A DNA stretch of 64,000 bases from an uncultured Planctomycetaceae bacterium (GTDB lineage: Bacteria > Planctomycetota > UBA1135 > GCA-002686595). Below are positions 9,001 through 18,385 of the stretch, piece after piece. The stretch's first letter is position 1. Each line of letters begins with the position of its first letter. Under the pieces are notes generated by a model. The model saw nothing but the letters and a program-made list of their open reading frames with translations. It had not been told where the DNA came from and did no database searches. A program made the translations under genes and the position numbers. The stretch covers positions 37,461 to 101,460 of the forward strand of contig CAYMYN010000005.1 in assembly GCA_964394665.1 (NCBI GenBank), in the 5' to 3' direction.

Positions 9001-11084
9001 TGCACCAGGCGCTGAACTTCATGCGCGGCAGCGAGGAAGCGGGCGAGTGGGGCGAGGCCGCCATGACGCCCCGCCGAGCCATCTCGGAGGCCGTGCGCAC
9101 CCGCGTGCGGCCGATCTTCATGAGCACGCTGACCTCGGTCGGCGGCATGGCGCCGCTCGTGCTCATGCCGGGCTCGGGCTCGGAGCTCTACCGCGGCCTG
9201 GGCAGCGTGGTCGTCGGCGGCCTGTTGGTCTCGACGGTCTTCACGCTGCTGCTCGTGCCGTTGCTCTTCTCCCTGGTCACCGACATCCAGCAGCGTCTGG
9301 GCATGCTGCGCGAGACGGACGAGGCCCACCAACGCGAGCTGGCCCGCGCCAAGAGCCCGTCGACGGCACAGGTCGCGACGGTGGTCCTCCTTTTGGCGCT
9401 GCTTCCCGGCTGGCTCGGTTCCTGCTCCAGCCCGCGCGCGTCCGATTCGACCTATGCCCAGCTCGCCCGGAGCGCACAGGAACGCCGTGCGGCCGAGGTC
9501 GCGCGCGCGGCCGAGCCGCACAGGACGGCGCAGAGCGAGTCCGCGCTGGGCGAGGAGCTGCGCGGCCGCATGACCGCGCTCGAGCTGATCGGGGGGCGCG
9601 CCTCGTGGCAGGACCTCGAGCCCGATCTGGGCGAAGACCTGCTCGGCGTGGAGCAGGAGCTCGCCCCGATCACGCTCGAACGCGCGGTCCTGCTCGCCGC
9701 CGAGCACAACCTGGGCCTGCGTTTCGCGCGGCTGCGGCCCCAGATCGCCGCCGAGGGCCTCTCGCGCGAGGACTCCGCCTTCGACCCGGTCTTCTTCGCG
9801 GACCTGGAGTACGAGGACTTCGAGCAACCGCGCACCGTCCCGGTGCTCGGTGGCGTGCAGCTCGGCACACCGCTGAGCGCCGCCGAGCGCGCGCGGGCGC
9901 AGCTCGGCGTGCGCCAACTCCTGCACACGGGCGCGACGGTGCAGGCCTCGACCTTCCTCGAGCGCTACGAGAACCAGACCCCGGGCATCGATTACCTGCC
10001 GGATCCCGCTTGGCGCTCGGGCGTGGCGCTCGACGTGGTGCAACCGTTGCTCTCGGGCGCGGGTCGTTCGTTCACCGACGCGGCGCGCGAGTTGGCGCGC
10101 AGCGAGCAGCGCCGCAGCGAGGAGGAACTGCGCGCCGAGCTCCTGATCGTGGCCGCCTTCGTCGAACAGGCCTTCTGGGACCTGCGCGAGGCCCGCGGTC
10201 GCTTGCAGATCCAGCAGCGCCTGACCCAGCAGGGTGCGGAAGTCGAGCGTGTGCTGCGCGAGCGACGCGGCTTCGACGTGCAGCCCGCCGAGTACGCCGA
10301 CGCACTGGCGACCCTCGAGCAGCGCCGCGCGGATCTCGTGCGTGCCCGGGCCCTGCTGCGCGCGGCCTCGGACCGCCTCAAGTCCTTGCTCGACGCGCCG
10401 GGCGTGGGCCTGGACGCCGAGGACCTGCTGCTCGCCGTGGACGACTTCCACACGGAACCGACCCCGATCGACCTGGGTGAGGCGGTCGCGACCGCCCTGG
10501 AGCGCCGCCCCGAGCTGCGCGCCGCGCTCTCTGCGATCGACGACGCCGACCTGCGCGTCGCGGTCGCGCGCAGCCTGCGTCGGCCGCGCCTGGACCTCGT
10601 CGGACGGGTCGAGGTGCTCGGCGAGGACGACTCCTTCGGCGATGGCTACGGCTCCTTGGCCGAGGACGACCTGCTCAGCTACCTGGTCGCGCTGCGCCTC
10701 GAGGTCCCCTTCGGCAACCGCGGGCCGCGCGCCGATCTGCGCCGGGCCGAGCTCGAGGCGCGGGCCGCTTCGCTGCGCCACGAGCAGGAGATGCGCAACG
10801 TGGTGCTCGAGGTCAAGACGGCCCTGCGCGACCTGGTGACGAGCTACGAGCTGATCGGCGCCGCCCGCTCGTTCCGCATCGCCCAGAGCGAGAACCTGCG
10901 CGAGCTGTTGCTCGAGAAGGAGCGACGCCGCAGCCTGACCCCCGAGTTCCTGCGCCTCGAGTTCGACCGCCAGGATCGCCTGGCCCGCGCTCAGCTCGAT
11001 GAGCTGCAGGCCATCGCCAACTACAACCGCGCCCTGGCCGCCTTCCACCGCGCCACCGGCACGGGCCCCCTGCTCGCCCCGTGA
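6018..11084 (+). CDS. RND efflux permease (AcrB/CzcA-like, ~1095 aa) fused in-frame to a TolC-like outer-membrane factor (~590 aa); one 1688-aa ORF
   Basis: Residues 1-~1090 carry the RND hallmarks (12 TM, two large periplasmic loops, FAVGMVVDNAIVVLENV). After the last TM and a ~30-aa tail, the same frame continues with no stop into MLRETDEAHQRELARAKSPSTAQVATVVLLLALLPGWLGSC (signal peptide with lipobox LGSC) and a coiled/beta TolC-like OMF domain. Confidence 0.8.
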   Translation: MNLVQLAVRQPVTIAVGVILILLAGVVSLRRIPIQLTPNVEDTIIAVTTRWEGASPLEIEREVVDRQEERLQSITNLKSITSESQQDLGTIRLEFNVGTTKEQALREVSDKLREVPRYPENVDEPVIQASDPENRDYIAWIVLRSDDPDFDVRSLQDFVEDRVKPIFERVSGVSEINVLGGNPREVQVRFDPALLASKGITPSRFAQAIQAQNRDVSGGRLAESKADVRVRLVGQFSSVADVENAVVAHSEGGPIYVRDLAEVVETYKEPTGFVRSRGQAVLAINAQREVGANVMAVMAGIRSAIADLNSPGGVLDTQARRLGLEGALRLEQVYDQTIYIDDALALVQNNIWIGGGLAILILLLFLRSLRTAGIIALAIPISVVGAVVAMVGLGRSINVISLAGMAFAVGMVVDNAIVVLENVYRHLELGKNSVRAAIDGGREVFGAVLASTLTTVVVFVPILLVEEEAGQLFRDISLAIVAAVALSLLVSVTVIPTLAARLLKNKDKALAKPRRRGPFARLPEAVANLIYWLNGSWVLRTVVVVILAGASIFGTLKLLPPADYLPQGNRNLIFGLLIPPPSYSLDQRNVLAERIESTVRPYWEAALTEPGSPERASLPEIDVHTPDGQLQRTTVPPAIINYFLVSLTGFMFHGGIAEEPERVADLMPLFAQATRSDVAPGVFSFAFQVPLFRLGGRTGSAIKINFVGENLDEVSSSALAVFMRMMGLYGPGTVQPDPSNFNVPTPEVQLVPDRLRMAEAGLDYEDVAIASRAMGDGAIIGEYRLEGEAIDLKIISKDALLPGALASIGENPIATPSGQVIPLGSVAPPTRVNAAQQINRVGRQRAVSLQFTPPEGMPLERAVSEVSNLLEEMRAAGAIPQDVDTTFTGSASKLAAVQNALLGDKTLIGTLGSSLFLALTVVYLMMCVLFQSFLRPLVIMVSVPLATLGGFAALSAVHAWSVADPYMPIQKLDVLTMLGFVILIGVVVNNAILIVHQALNFMRGSEEAGEWGEAAMTPRRAISEAVRTRVRPIFMSTLTSVGGMAPLVLMPGSGSELYRGLGSVVVGGLLVSTVFTLLLVPLLFSLVTDIQQRLGMLRETDEAHQRELARAKSPSTAQVATVVLLLALLPGWLGSCSSPRASDSTYAQLARSAQERRAAEVARAAEPHRTAQSESALGEELRGRMTALELIGGRASWQDLEPDLGEDLLGVEQELAPITLERAVLLAAEHNLGLRFARLRPQIAAEGLSREDSAFDPVFFADLEYEDFEQPRTVPVLGGVQLGTPLSAAERARAQLGVRQLLHTGATVQASTFLERYENQTPGIDYLPDPAWRSGVALDVVQPLLSGAGRSFTDAARELARSEQRRSEEELRAELLIVAAFVEQAFWDLREARGRLQIQQRLTQQGAEVERVLRERRGFDVQPAEYADALATLEQRRADLVRARALLRAASDRLKSLLDAPGVGLDAEDLLLAVDDFHTEPTPIDLGEAVATALERRPELRAALSAIDDADLRVAVARSLRRPRLDLVGRVEVLGEDDSFGDGYGSLAEDDLLSYLVALRLEVPFGNRGPRADLRRAELEARAASLRHEQEMRNVVLEVKTALRDLVTSYELIGAARSFRIAQSENLRELLLEKERRRSLTPEFLRLEFDRQDRLARAQLDELQAIANYNRALAAFHRATGTGPLLAP
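9303..11084 (+). other. Possible internal start (ATG 9303) for an independently translated OMF lipoprotein within the RND-OMF ORF
   Basis: In-frame ATG followed by an n-region, h-region and lipobox (Cys codon at ~9421-9423). Standard OMF length (~593 aa) if initiated here. Confidence 0.4.
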
Positions 11085-11251
11085 ACGCCCGCGCGGGGCC
11101 GCCGACGGATGGAGCAAGGGAGTCGGGAAAAAGCCAACCGCAACGGCTTCCGCGGCGTTGGCTAGGGTGAACCATCCCCGGGGGCGCTTTGCCCATGGGG
11201 TCCGTGCCCGTCCTCGGGCACCCACGCGGTCCCGATCCCGCCCGTCCTGCG

Positions 11252-14200
11252 ATGATCCGTTCCCCGAAGACTCCGCCCGTCCGGCCCTCGCTCCTCGCCG
11301 CCCTCCTGCTCTGCCTCGCCGGCCCGCTCGGCGCCCAGGGGACTCCGATCGGGTTTGCGGAGACCTTCGCCCTGGCCGCCGACCGCGAGCGGGCCCTCGC
11401 GGAGCTCGTGCCGGGCTCGCCCGAGCACTTCTACTACTCCTGTTTGCACGCCCAGCACCTGGGCGAGCTCGGGCGCGTCGACGGGCTCTTGCGCGCTTGG
11501 CGCGAGCGCCACGGCGACTCGGACCCGCGCCAGGATCGGGTCGCGCTGCGCCAGACGTTGCTGCGCGCCTCCCAGGATCCCCAGGGCTCCTACCGCGACC
11601 TCGTGCGGCGCCTGGGGCTGCGCTTCGATCAACGGCCCGCGCTCGGCGAGACGAACCGCGACCTGCCGACGCGCCTCGACTCGAACGAGTTGACCGACGA
11701 GGTCTGGCTGCGGGACGCCCTGAGCCGGCACCCCCGATCCCTGCGCGGCCTCGAGGACGGAGCCCTGACGCGCATGGCCGCGCGCGACCTCACGGCTGGC
11801 GAGCTGCGCGAGCTCCTCGGGCGCTTGCACCGTCCGGACGTGCCCGGGCTGGCGCGCCTGGTCGTGCGCGAGCTGGGCCTGAACGGCAGCCGCGGCTTCG
11901 GTGCCTTCCCGATCCACGGCCGCTTGCTGTTGGCGCAGCTCGAGGAGTGCCTCTCCCTGCGCCCCGAGCTGCTGGCCGACTCGAACTTCGTGCGCACCTA
12001 CCTCGTGCGCCTCACCCCCGGCGCCGACGACGACCCCCGCGACCCCGCGGTGCGCCTGGCCCACATCGAGCGGCTCGAACGCTTCGCCGCGCGCCTGCCC
12101 GCGGCCTTCGACAGCCTGCGGGCCCACGTCCTGTATCACCGCCTGGATCTCGACCTCGACCTCGACCAGCTCGACGCGGAGCGCCTGCTCGCCTACCTGC
12201 GCGTCGCGCGCCAGGCAGCCTACATCGACCCGGTCCAGCGCGAGCAGCCGGCGGTGAGCCTCTCGGAGAACTGGATGACGGGCCTGGCGCCGATCGCCGC
12301 CGACGAGCCGCTGGTGCGCGAGTACCTGGGCCGGCTGTGCGAGCGCCTCGACTCCTTCCAACGCTTCGTCGGAGTCCTGCGCCGCGACTACGTCCAGCGC
12401 ATCTTCGCCGAGGCCAAGATCCTCTCCGGCGCGCCCGATCCCGAACGTTGGTTCGCGCTGCTCGAGGACCCGCGGGTCGTCGAGGAGCTCAAGCGGCGGG
12501 TGGAGCTGCGCCTGCCGCGCGGCCTGGCGCGCAGCTTCGGCCCCGACGAGCCGGTACGCCTCGCCATCGACGTCAAGAACGTCGACACGCTGCTGGTGAA
12601 GGTCTTCGAGATCGACGCGGCGGCCTTCTACATCGCCCAGGGCGCCGCGCCACGCCTGCGCGAGCTCGACGCGACCCTCGACCTCGACGGCCTGGTGGCG
12701 CACGAGGAGCGCGCCCATCGCTACGAGGAGTCGCCGATGCGCCGCGTGCGGCGCACCTTCGACTTCCCCGAGCTCGACGAGCCGGGCGTCTACGTCGTCG
12801 AGTGGATCGGCAACGGGATCGCCAGCCGAGCCGTGATCCGCAAGGGCACCCTGCGCGTCACCGAGCGCGTCGGCGCGGCCGGCCACGTGCTGCGCGTGGT
12901 GGACGAGCAGGGCCAGCCGGCCGTGGGCGCCAGCCTGCTCTACGCCGGGCGCGAGTACGTCCCCGACGAACGCGGCGAGATCGCGATCCCCTTCAGCACC
13001 GATCCGGGCTTGCGGCACCTGGTGTTGCGGCGCGGCAACCTGGCGGTGCTCGAGGAGTTCGAGCACCTGGCGGAGACCTACGCGCTGGAGGCCCCCGTGC
13101 ACGTCGAGCGCGAAGCGCTGCTCGCCGGCGAGCGCGCCACCCTCGTCGTGCGCCCGCGCCTCCAGGTGGCGGGCCGGCCAATCAGCCTGGCGTTGCTGGA
13201 AGGCGCGCGCTTGGAGCTACGCGCCACGGACCTCGACGGTGTCGTCGCCGCATCGACCGTGCGCAACCTCGAGCTGCGCAACGGCGTCGAGTTCGTGCAC
13301 GAGTTCAACGTACCGCCGCGCACCCAGTCCTTCAGCGTGCAGCTCGCCGGCCGCGTGCGAAGCCTCAGCGAGTCCAAGGACGTCGAGCTCGCCGCGAACG
13401 TGGTCCTGTTCCCGCTCAACGGCATCGACGCCACCGACGAGCTGTGGACGCCGCTCCTGGCGCGCGCCGAGGAAGGCTACTGGCTCGAGGTGCGCGGCAA
13501 GAACGGGGAACTCGGGGCCGGCCGCGTCGTGCAGGTGACGCTCCAGCACCGCGACTACACGACCGCGCGTACGTTCCAGCTCCAGAGCGACGCGCAAGGG
13601 CGGATCGGGCTCGGCCCGCTCGAGCACATCTCGCGCCTCGAGGTGGGCGGGATCGGCGAGCGGCCCGCGGCCTGGTGGCTGGCTGCGCCGACGCCCGGCG
13701 GCCGGCCGCGCAAGCTGCACGCCCTCGAAGGTGAAGCGATCCGGGTTCCCTGGGACGGCGCGGACTCCTTCTCGCTCTTCGAGCTGCGCGGCGGCCAGTT
13801 CGCCTTCGAGCGCAGCGAGCGCGGCGCGAGCTGGGGCGGTAGCTACCTCTCGCTCGGCGACCTCGCGGCCGGCGATTACCGCCTGGAGCTGCACGGGATC
13901 GGCCGCGTGTACGACCTGCGCGTGACGCGCGGGCAGCGGGCAGCGGGCCACGCCTGGGGTGCGGTACGACGGCTCGAGCTCTCCCGGCCGCTCGAGCTCA
14001 CGATCCGAGAGGCTTCGGTGCGCGGGGAGGAGCTCGTCGTGCAACTCGCCGGTGCCGGCCCGGATGCGCGGGTCCACGTCAGCGCCCTGCGCTACGTCCC
14101 CGACGTCGACGGCCATCGCCGTCTGGGCCTGGGCCGTCTGCGGAACCTCGACTGGGACGCGCTCCACGCACCGGAGAACCAGTACGAGTCCGGCCGGCGC

Positions 14201-17200
14201 ATCAGCGACGAGTACCGCTACATCCTCGAGCGCCGCTTCGCCCAGCGCTTCCCGGGCAACATGCTGGCGCGTGCGGGGCTGCTCTTGAACCCCTGGGCGA
14301 TCGACGAGGCGACGTCGGACACGAGCGCTGGCGAGGGGGCGTTCGGTGGACGCTTTGGCGGGCGCCGCAGCTCGCGCCACGGCGGCGGGGTGGGGCCTTC
14401 GACGCGCGAGAGCGACGGGATGCCGGGCGCGCGTCCGGGCTTCGCCAACCTCGACTTCCTGGCCGAGCCCGCGCTCTTCCTCGCGAACCTGCGTCCCGAC
14501 GAGCAGGGTTTCGTGCGCCTGCCCCTCGAGCGTCTGGGGGATCGACACCTGGTGCAGGTCGTGGCCGTGGACGGGCACACCACCGTCTCGCGCAACGTCC
14601 TGCGCCCGGCCGCGGCGCCCAAGCTCCGGGATCGGCGCCTGGCCATGTCCCTCGATCCCCAGACGCACCTGGTGGAGGACCGCCGCATCGAGTTCCTCGA
14701 CGCCGGCGCAGCGTCGACCTTCACCGACGCGACGAACGCAGGGGTCGAGGTCTACGACGACCTGGGCGACGTCTACCGCTACTTCCTCACCCACGGCGGC
14801 GCGCCCGAGCTGGAGCGCTTCGAGTTCCTCGTGCGCTGGCCGTCCCTGAGCGCGGAAGAACGCCTCGCGCGCTACTCCGAGTTCGCCGGCCACGAGCTGC
14901 ACGTCTTCCTGCGCCGCAAGGACCCCGAGTTCTTCGAGCGCATCGTGCGCCCCTACCTCGCCCACAAGGCCCACAAGACCTTCCTGGACCATTGGCTCCT
15001 GGGCGCGGACCTCAACGGCTATCTCGAGCCCTGGGCCTTCGCCGAGCTGAACACCTTCGAGCGCATCCTGCTCCTGCGCGAGCTCGAGGGCGGACCGGCG
15101 CGGCACGTGCGCGAGCTGGTCGAGCTCCTGCCGCCGGAGACGTTCGCGTTGCGCACGTACTTCGATCGCCTGCTGGCGGGGAGAGCATTGGACTCGGATC
15201 GGACCCAGCTCGGGTTGTTGCTCGAGGAACGCGCCCGGGCGGAGGAAGAGGCGAAGGTCGCCCTGGTGCAGAAGGCTCCGGCCCCGGGGACGCCTTCGAC
15301 CAGCGCCGCGAGCCGCGCGCGGCGGGAACTCGGGGACGCGCCGATGGAAGGGGCGGTCGAGGAGCAGGCGGAGCTCGACCAGGCCCTCCGGGACCTGGGT
15401 TACGTCTCGGACGAGGTCTCCGACAAGGACCTGGAGCGCCGCCAGGCCCAGCGACCCTTCTTTCAAGACCTGGCCGACACCCGCGAGTTGGCCGAGCGCC
15501 ATTACTGGCGCGTGCTCCGCTCGGCCATGGACGCGGGGCTCGTCACGCCGACACCCTTCTGGCTCGATTTCGCGGAATCGGCCCCGGGCCAGGCCTTCGT
15601 CTCGAGCCGCTTCCCCCTCGCCGCTGGCAATCTGCCCGAGATGTTGCTGGCCTTGGCGCTGCTCGACCTGCCCTTCGTGGCCGAGGCGCACACATCCCAG
15701 GCCAGCCCCGAAGGGGTGGTCTTCACCGCCGGCTCGCGGCTCTTCCTGGCGCGGCGCGGCATGAAGCCGGTCGAGGCGGCGCCCGACGCGCGGCCGATCC
15801 TGGTCGGCCAGGATTTCTTCCGCCTCGACGATCCCTTCGTGTTCGAGCGGGGTCGCCAACGCGACAAGTTCGTCAGCGGCGAGTTCCTCGTCGGCGTGCC
15901 CTACGGCTGCCGCGTGGTGGTCACGAACCCCACCTCCACCCCGGTCGACGTCGAGGTCCTGCTCCAGATCCCCGAGGGCGCCCTGCCCGTACGGCGCGGC
16001 TTCGTGACCCGCGGGCGGAGCGTGACCCTGCCCGGCTACGGCAGCGCATCCATCGAGTACGGCTTCTACTTCCCCGCCGCCGGCACGTTCCGCCACTACC
16101 CGGCGCACGTTGGCGAGGACGGCGCGTTGCTCGCGTTCGCGACCCCCGCAGCGATCCAAGTCCTCGCCGCCCCCAAGGAGCTCGACCGCACCTCTTGGGA
16201 GCATCTCTCCCAGGCCGCTGAGCTCGAAGAACTGCTGGAGCATCTCGAGCGCGAGAACTTGGCCCGCGTCGACCTCTCGCGCCTCGCCTGGCGCATGCGT
16301 GAACGGGGCGCCTACGAGCGCATCCTGACCCTCTTGCGGCGCCACACGACCTTCGACCCGACCCTGTGGTCCTTCGGCCTGCACCACGGCGACGCGCGCA
16401 CGGCCCGCGAGTTCCTCGAGCGCCGCGCCGACCTCGTCGGCGCCGCCGGTCCTTGGTTGCGCTCCGAGCTGCTCACCATCGAGCCCGTCGAGCGAGGCAT
16501 CTACGAGCACCTCGAGTACGACCCGCTGGTCAACGCTCGCGCGCACCGCTTTGGCCAGGAGCGGCGCATCTACAACGAAAGCTTCGCGCGGCAGTACGGC
16601 CGTTTCCTCGAGGTCCTGGCCCACAAGCCTGCCCTCGACGACCTGGACCGCATGGCCCTGGTGCACTACCTGCTCCTGCAGGAGCGCATCGGCGAGGCCC
16701 TCGAGCACTTCGCGCTCATCGATCCCGCGGGCATCGAGGCGCGATTGCAGTACGACTACCTGGCGGCGTACCTCGCCTTCTACTCGCCCGAGCCCGGCGC
16801 CGCGCGCGCCATCGCCGCGCAGTACGCCGAGCATACCGTCCCGCGTTGGCGGGCGCGCTTCGGTGCCGTGCTGGCCCAGCTCGACGAGGCGGAGGGTCGC
16901 GGTCCGGCCGGGGCCAGCGATCCCGAGAGCCGCGACGAGCGCCAGGGCGCCCTGGCCGCCGCCACGGCGGTGCTCGAACTCGCCGTCGAGGCGCGCCGGG
17001 TCACCTTGAGCTACTCGAACCTCGGGCAGGCCGAGATCCGTTACCGGCCGATGAACATCGAGCTGCTCTTCTCGACCAGCCCCTTCCTGCAAGCCGGATC
17101 GGGCGCCTTCGCGGCGGTTCAGCCCCACCGCGTCGATCGGGTCGAGCTGCCCGCCGATCGCGACACGCTGGTCCTCGACCTACCGAAGGAGTTCGCCTCC

Positions 17201-17539
17201 GCGAACGTGCTGGTCGAGGTGCGCGGCGGCGGCCTGGTGCGCACCCAGGCCTACTACGCCCACGACCTGCGCGTGGAAGCCCGCGAGGCCTACGGGCAAC
17301 TCTCCGTGCGCCGCGCTTCCGACGGCGCCCCATTGCCCGCCACCTACGTCAAGGTCTACGCGCGCCTCTCCGACGGCCGCATCCGCTTCCACAAGGACGG
17401 CTACACCGACCTGCGCGGCCGCTTCGACTACGTCTCGGTCTCCGGCCTCGACGCCGCCCCGATCCAGCGCTTCGCCGTGCTGGTCCTGAGCGAGGAGAGC
17501 GGCGCCCTGGTCCGCGAACTCGACCCGCCCCGGCGCTGA
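11252..17539 (+). CDS. Very large secreted protein (2095 aa), function unknown
   Basis: ATG 11252 gives MIRSPKTPPVRPSLLAALLLCLAGPLGAQG (signal peptide). The 6.3-kb frame is uninterrupted, with balanced composition (aromatics, hydrophobic cores) and a helical-repeat-like N-terminal third. No thioester or other recognisable catalytic motif seen. The longer annotated start 11189 is less likely. Confidence 0.7.
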   Translation: MIRSPKTPPVRPSLLAALLLCLAGPLGAQGTPIGFAETFALAADRERALAELVPGSPEHFYYSCLHAQHLGELGRVDGLLRAWRERHGDSDPRQDRVALRQTLLRASQDPQGSYRDLVRRLGLRFDQRPALGETNRDLPTRLDSNELTDEVWLRDALSRHPRSLRGLEDGALTRMAARDLTAGELRELLGRLHRPDVPGLARLVVRELGLNGSRGFGAFPIHGRLLLAQLEECLSLRPELLADSNFVRTYLVRLTPGADDDPRDPAVRLAHIERLERFAARLPAAFDSLRAHVLYHRLDLDLDLDQLDAERLLAYLRVARQAAYIDPVQREQPAVSLSENWMTGLAPIAADEPLVREYLGRLCERLDSFQRFVGVLRRDYVQRIFAEAKILSGAPDPERWFALLEDPRVVEELKRRVELRLPRGLARSFGPDEPVRLAIDVKNVDTLLVKVFEIDAAAFYIAQGAAPRLRELDATLDLDGLVAHEERAHRYEESPMRRVRRTFDFPELDEPGVYVVEWIGNGIASRAVIRKGTLRVTERVGAAGHVLRVVDEQGQPAVGASLLYAGREYVPDERGEIAIPFSTDPGLRHLVLRRGNLAVLEEFEHLAETYALEAPVHVEREALLAGERATLVVRPRLQVAGRPISLALLEGARLELRATDLDGVVAASTVRNLELRNGVEFVHEFNVPPRTQSFSVQLAGRVRSLSESKDVELAANVVLFPLNGIDATDELWTPLLARAEEGYWLEVRGKNGELGAGRVVQVTLQHRDYTTARTFQLQSDAQGRIGLGPLEHISRLEVGGIGERPAAWWLAAPTPGGRPRKLHALEGEAIRVPWDGADSFSLFELRGGQFAFERSERGASWGGSYLSLGDLAAGDYRLELHGIGRVYDLRVTRGQRAAGHAWGAVRRLELSRPLELTIREASVRGEELVVQLAGAGPDARVHVSALRYVPDVDGHRRLGLGRLRNLDWDALHAPENQYESGRRISDEYRYILERRFAQRFPGNMLARAGLLLNPWAIDEATSDTSAGEGAFGGRFGGRRSSRHGGGVGPSTRESDGMPGARPGFANLDFLAEPALFLANLRPDEQGFVRLPLERLGDRHLVQVVAVDGHTTVSRNVLRPAAAPKLRDRRLAMSLDPQTHLVEDRRIEFLDAGAASTFTDATNAGVEVYDDLGDVYRYFLTHGGAPELERFEFLVRWPSLSAEERLARYSEFAGHELHVFLRRKDPEFFERIVRPYLAHKAHKTFLDHWLLGADLNGYLEPWAFAELNTFERILLLRELEGGPARHVRELVELLPPETFALRTYFDRLLAGRALDSDRTQLGLLLEERARAEEEAKVALVQKAPAPGTPSTSAASRARRELGDAPMEGAVEEQAELDQALRDLGYVSDEVSDKDLERRQAQRPFFQDLADTRELAERHYWRVLRSAMDAGLVTPTPFWLDFAESAPGQAFVSSRFPLAAGNLPEMLLALALLDLPFVAEAHTSQASPEGVVFTAGSRLFLARRGMKPVEAAPDARPILVGQDFFRLDDPFVFERGRQRDKFVSGEFLVGVPYGCRVVVTNPTSTPVDVEVLLQIPEGALPVRRGFVTRGRSVTLPGYGSASIEYGFYFPAAGTFRHYPAHVGEDGALLAFATPAAIQVLAAPKELDRTSWEHLSQAAELEELLEHLERENLARVDLSRLAWRMRERGAYERILTLLRRHTTFDPTLWSFGLHHGDARTAREFLERRADLVGAAGPWLRSELLTIEPVERGIYEHLEYDPLVNARAHRFGQERRIYNESFARQYGRFLEVLAHKPALDDLDRMALVHYLLLQERIGEALEHFALIDPAGIEARLQYDYLAAYLAFYSPEPGAARAIAAQYAEHTVPRWRARFGAVLAQLDEAEGRGPAGASDPESRDERQGALAAATAVLELAVEARRVTLSYSNLGQAEIRYRPMNIELLFSTSPFLQAGSGAFAAVQPHRVDRVELPADRDTLVLDLPKEFASANVLVEVRGGGLVRTQAYYAHDLRVEAREAYGQLSVRRASDGAPLPATYVKVYARLSDGRIRFHKDGYTDLRGRFDYVSVSGLDAAPIQRFAVLVLSEESGALVRELDPPRR

Positions 17540-17815
17540 GCTCGTCGGACCGGGCAGCGTGGGGGGCCGGGAGTTGCACGGTCCTTGGTGCGGTGCACCG
17601 ATTCCGTGGCCTATTCCCACCCCTGGGGCGCGGTGCGGTGCACGCACTCGACACCTTGCGCCGGATTTCCGCGGATTCCGCAGCCGGGTCGCCCGCCAGC
17701 CGATACCCTCGGGCCGGGGTCGGCCCCGGCTGCCGACCGGTTCCCTCTGGCCTTGGGGGATCGGACGGTTTGGGTGGCCGAAGTTCGGTGGTCACAGGGC
17801 CGTGGAGAGGTCCCG

Positions 17816-18385
17816 ATGTTTGCAATCCACTCGTCGTCCGTTGCCCGTCCGGTGGAGGCTGGGGTTTCGACGCGCCGCGCGGTCCATGGAGCGGCGTCGG
17901 GGCAGGAGTGCGCGGCGCCGGTCGTGTGGACGCCAGTGGCTTCAGGGCCCGGGACTCTCGGGGGATCCCGGGTCGAGCGGCTTCGCCAGCGGCGGCGTCC
18001 GACGCGCTCCGCGCGGTGGATGGGAGTGCTCCTGGGCCTCGTGCTCGCCGTGGGGTTGGCGCAGAGCGTCTTCGGGCTGCTCGTTTCGGCGAGTTCCTCG
18101 ACCTGGGAGGTCTACGACTCGGACGGCAACTACTCGGGCCTGCTGGTGGCCAAGCGCGAGGAGGGGCAGGACTGGCAGTGGACCTACTACGAGACGAACT
18201 CCGATCCGCCGCCGCAGCACGTCGAGGCCGGGTCGGGGACGGCCAGCGGGGGGCCTGTCCAATACACCTGGACCTCCAGCCACGGGGACTCGGGTACGGT
18301 CACCGCCTCGGATACGGACCCTGACAAAGCCACATGGACGAACGAAACGGCGGGCACGGGGGGGACCCTGCGCAGGCTCCAGTGA
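17816..18385 (+). CDS. Small single-pass membrane protein (alternative start ATG 18020 would give a ~121-aa secreted or anchored protein)
   Basis: GGAGAGG ribosome-binding site 5 nt upstream of ATG 17816. Hydrophobic segment MGVLLGLVLAVGLAQSVFGLLV, then a Ser/Thr/Gly/Trp/Tyr-rich ~95-aa domain. The stop TGA overlaps the next gene's GTG (GTGA at 18382-18385). Confidence 0.45.
   Translation: MFAIHSSSVARPVEAGVSTRRAVHGAASGQECAAPVVWTPVASGPGTLGGSRVERLRQRRRPTRSARWMGVLLGLVLAVGLAQSVFGLLVSASSSTWEVYDSDGNYSGLLVAKREEGQDWQWTYYETNSDPPPQHVEAGSGTASGGPVQYTWTSSHGDSGTVTASDTDPDKATWTNETAGTGGTLRRLQ

Noticed and set aside
8418-11225. 935-aa minus ORF antisense to the RND-OMF gene, and 6167-7345+ / 6624-7976- ORFs
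   Set aside because: Antisense or off-frame to a gene with unmistakable RND and OMF signatures.
11162-17128. Long minus-strand ORFs (646 aa and 1303 aa) opposite the 2095-aa gene
   Set aside because: Their translations lack secondary-structure-like hydrophobic periodicity and are Gly/Ala/Arg/Glu-rich. The plus-frame product has a signal peptide and normal protein composition.
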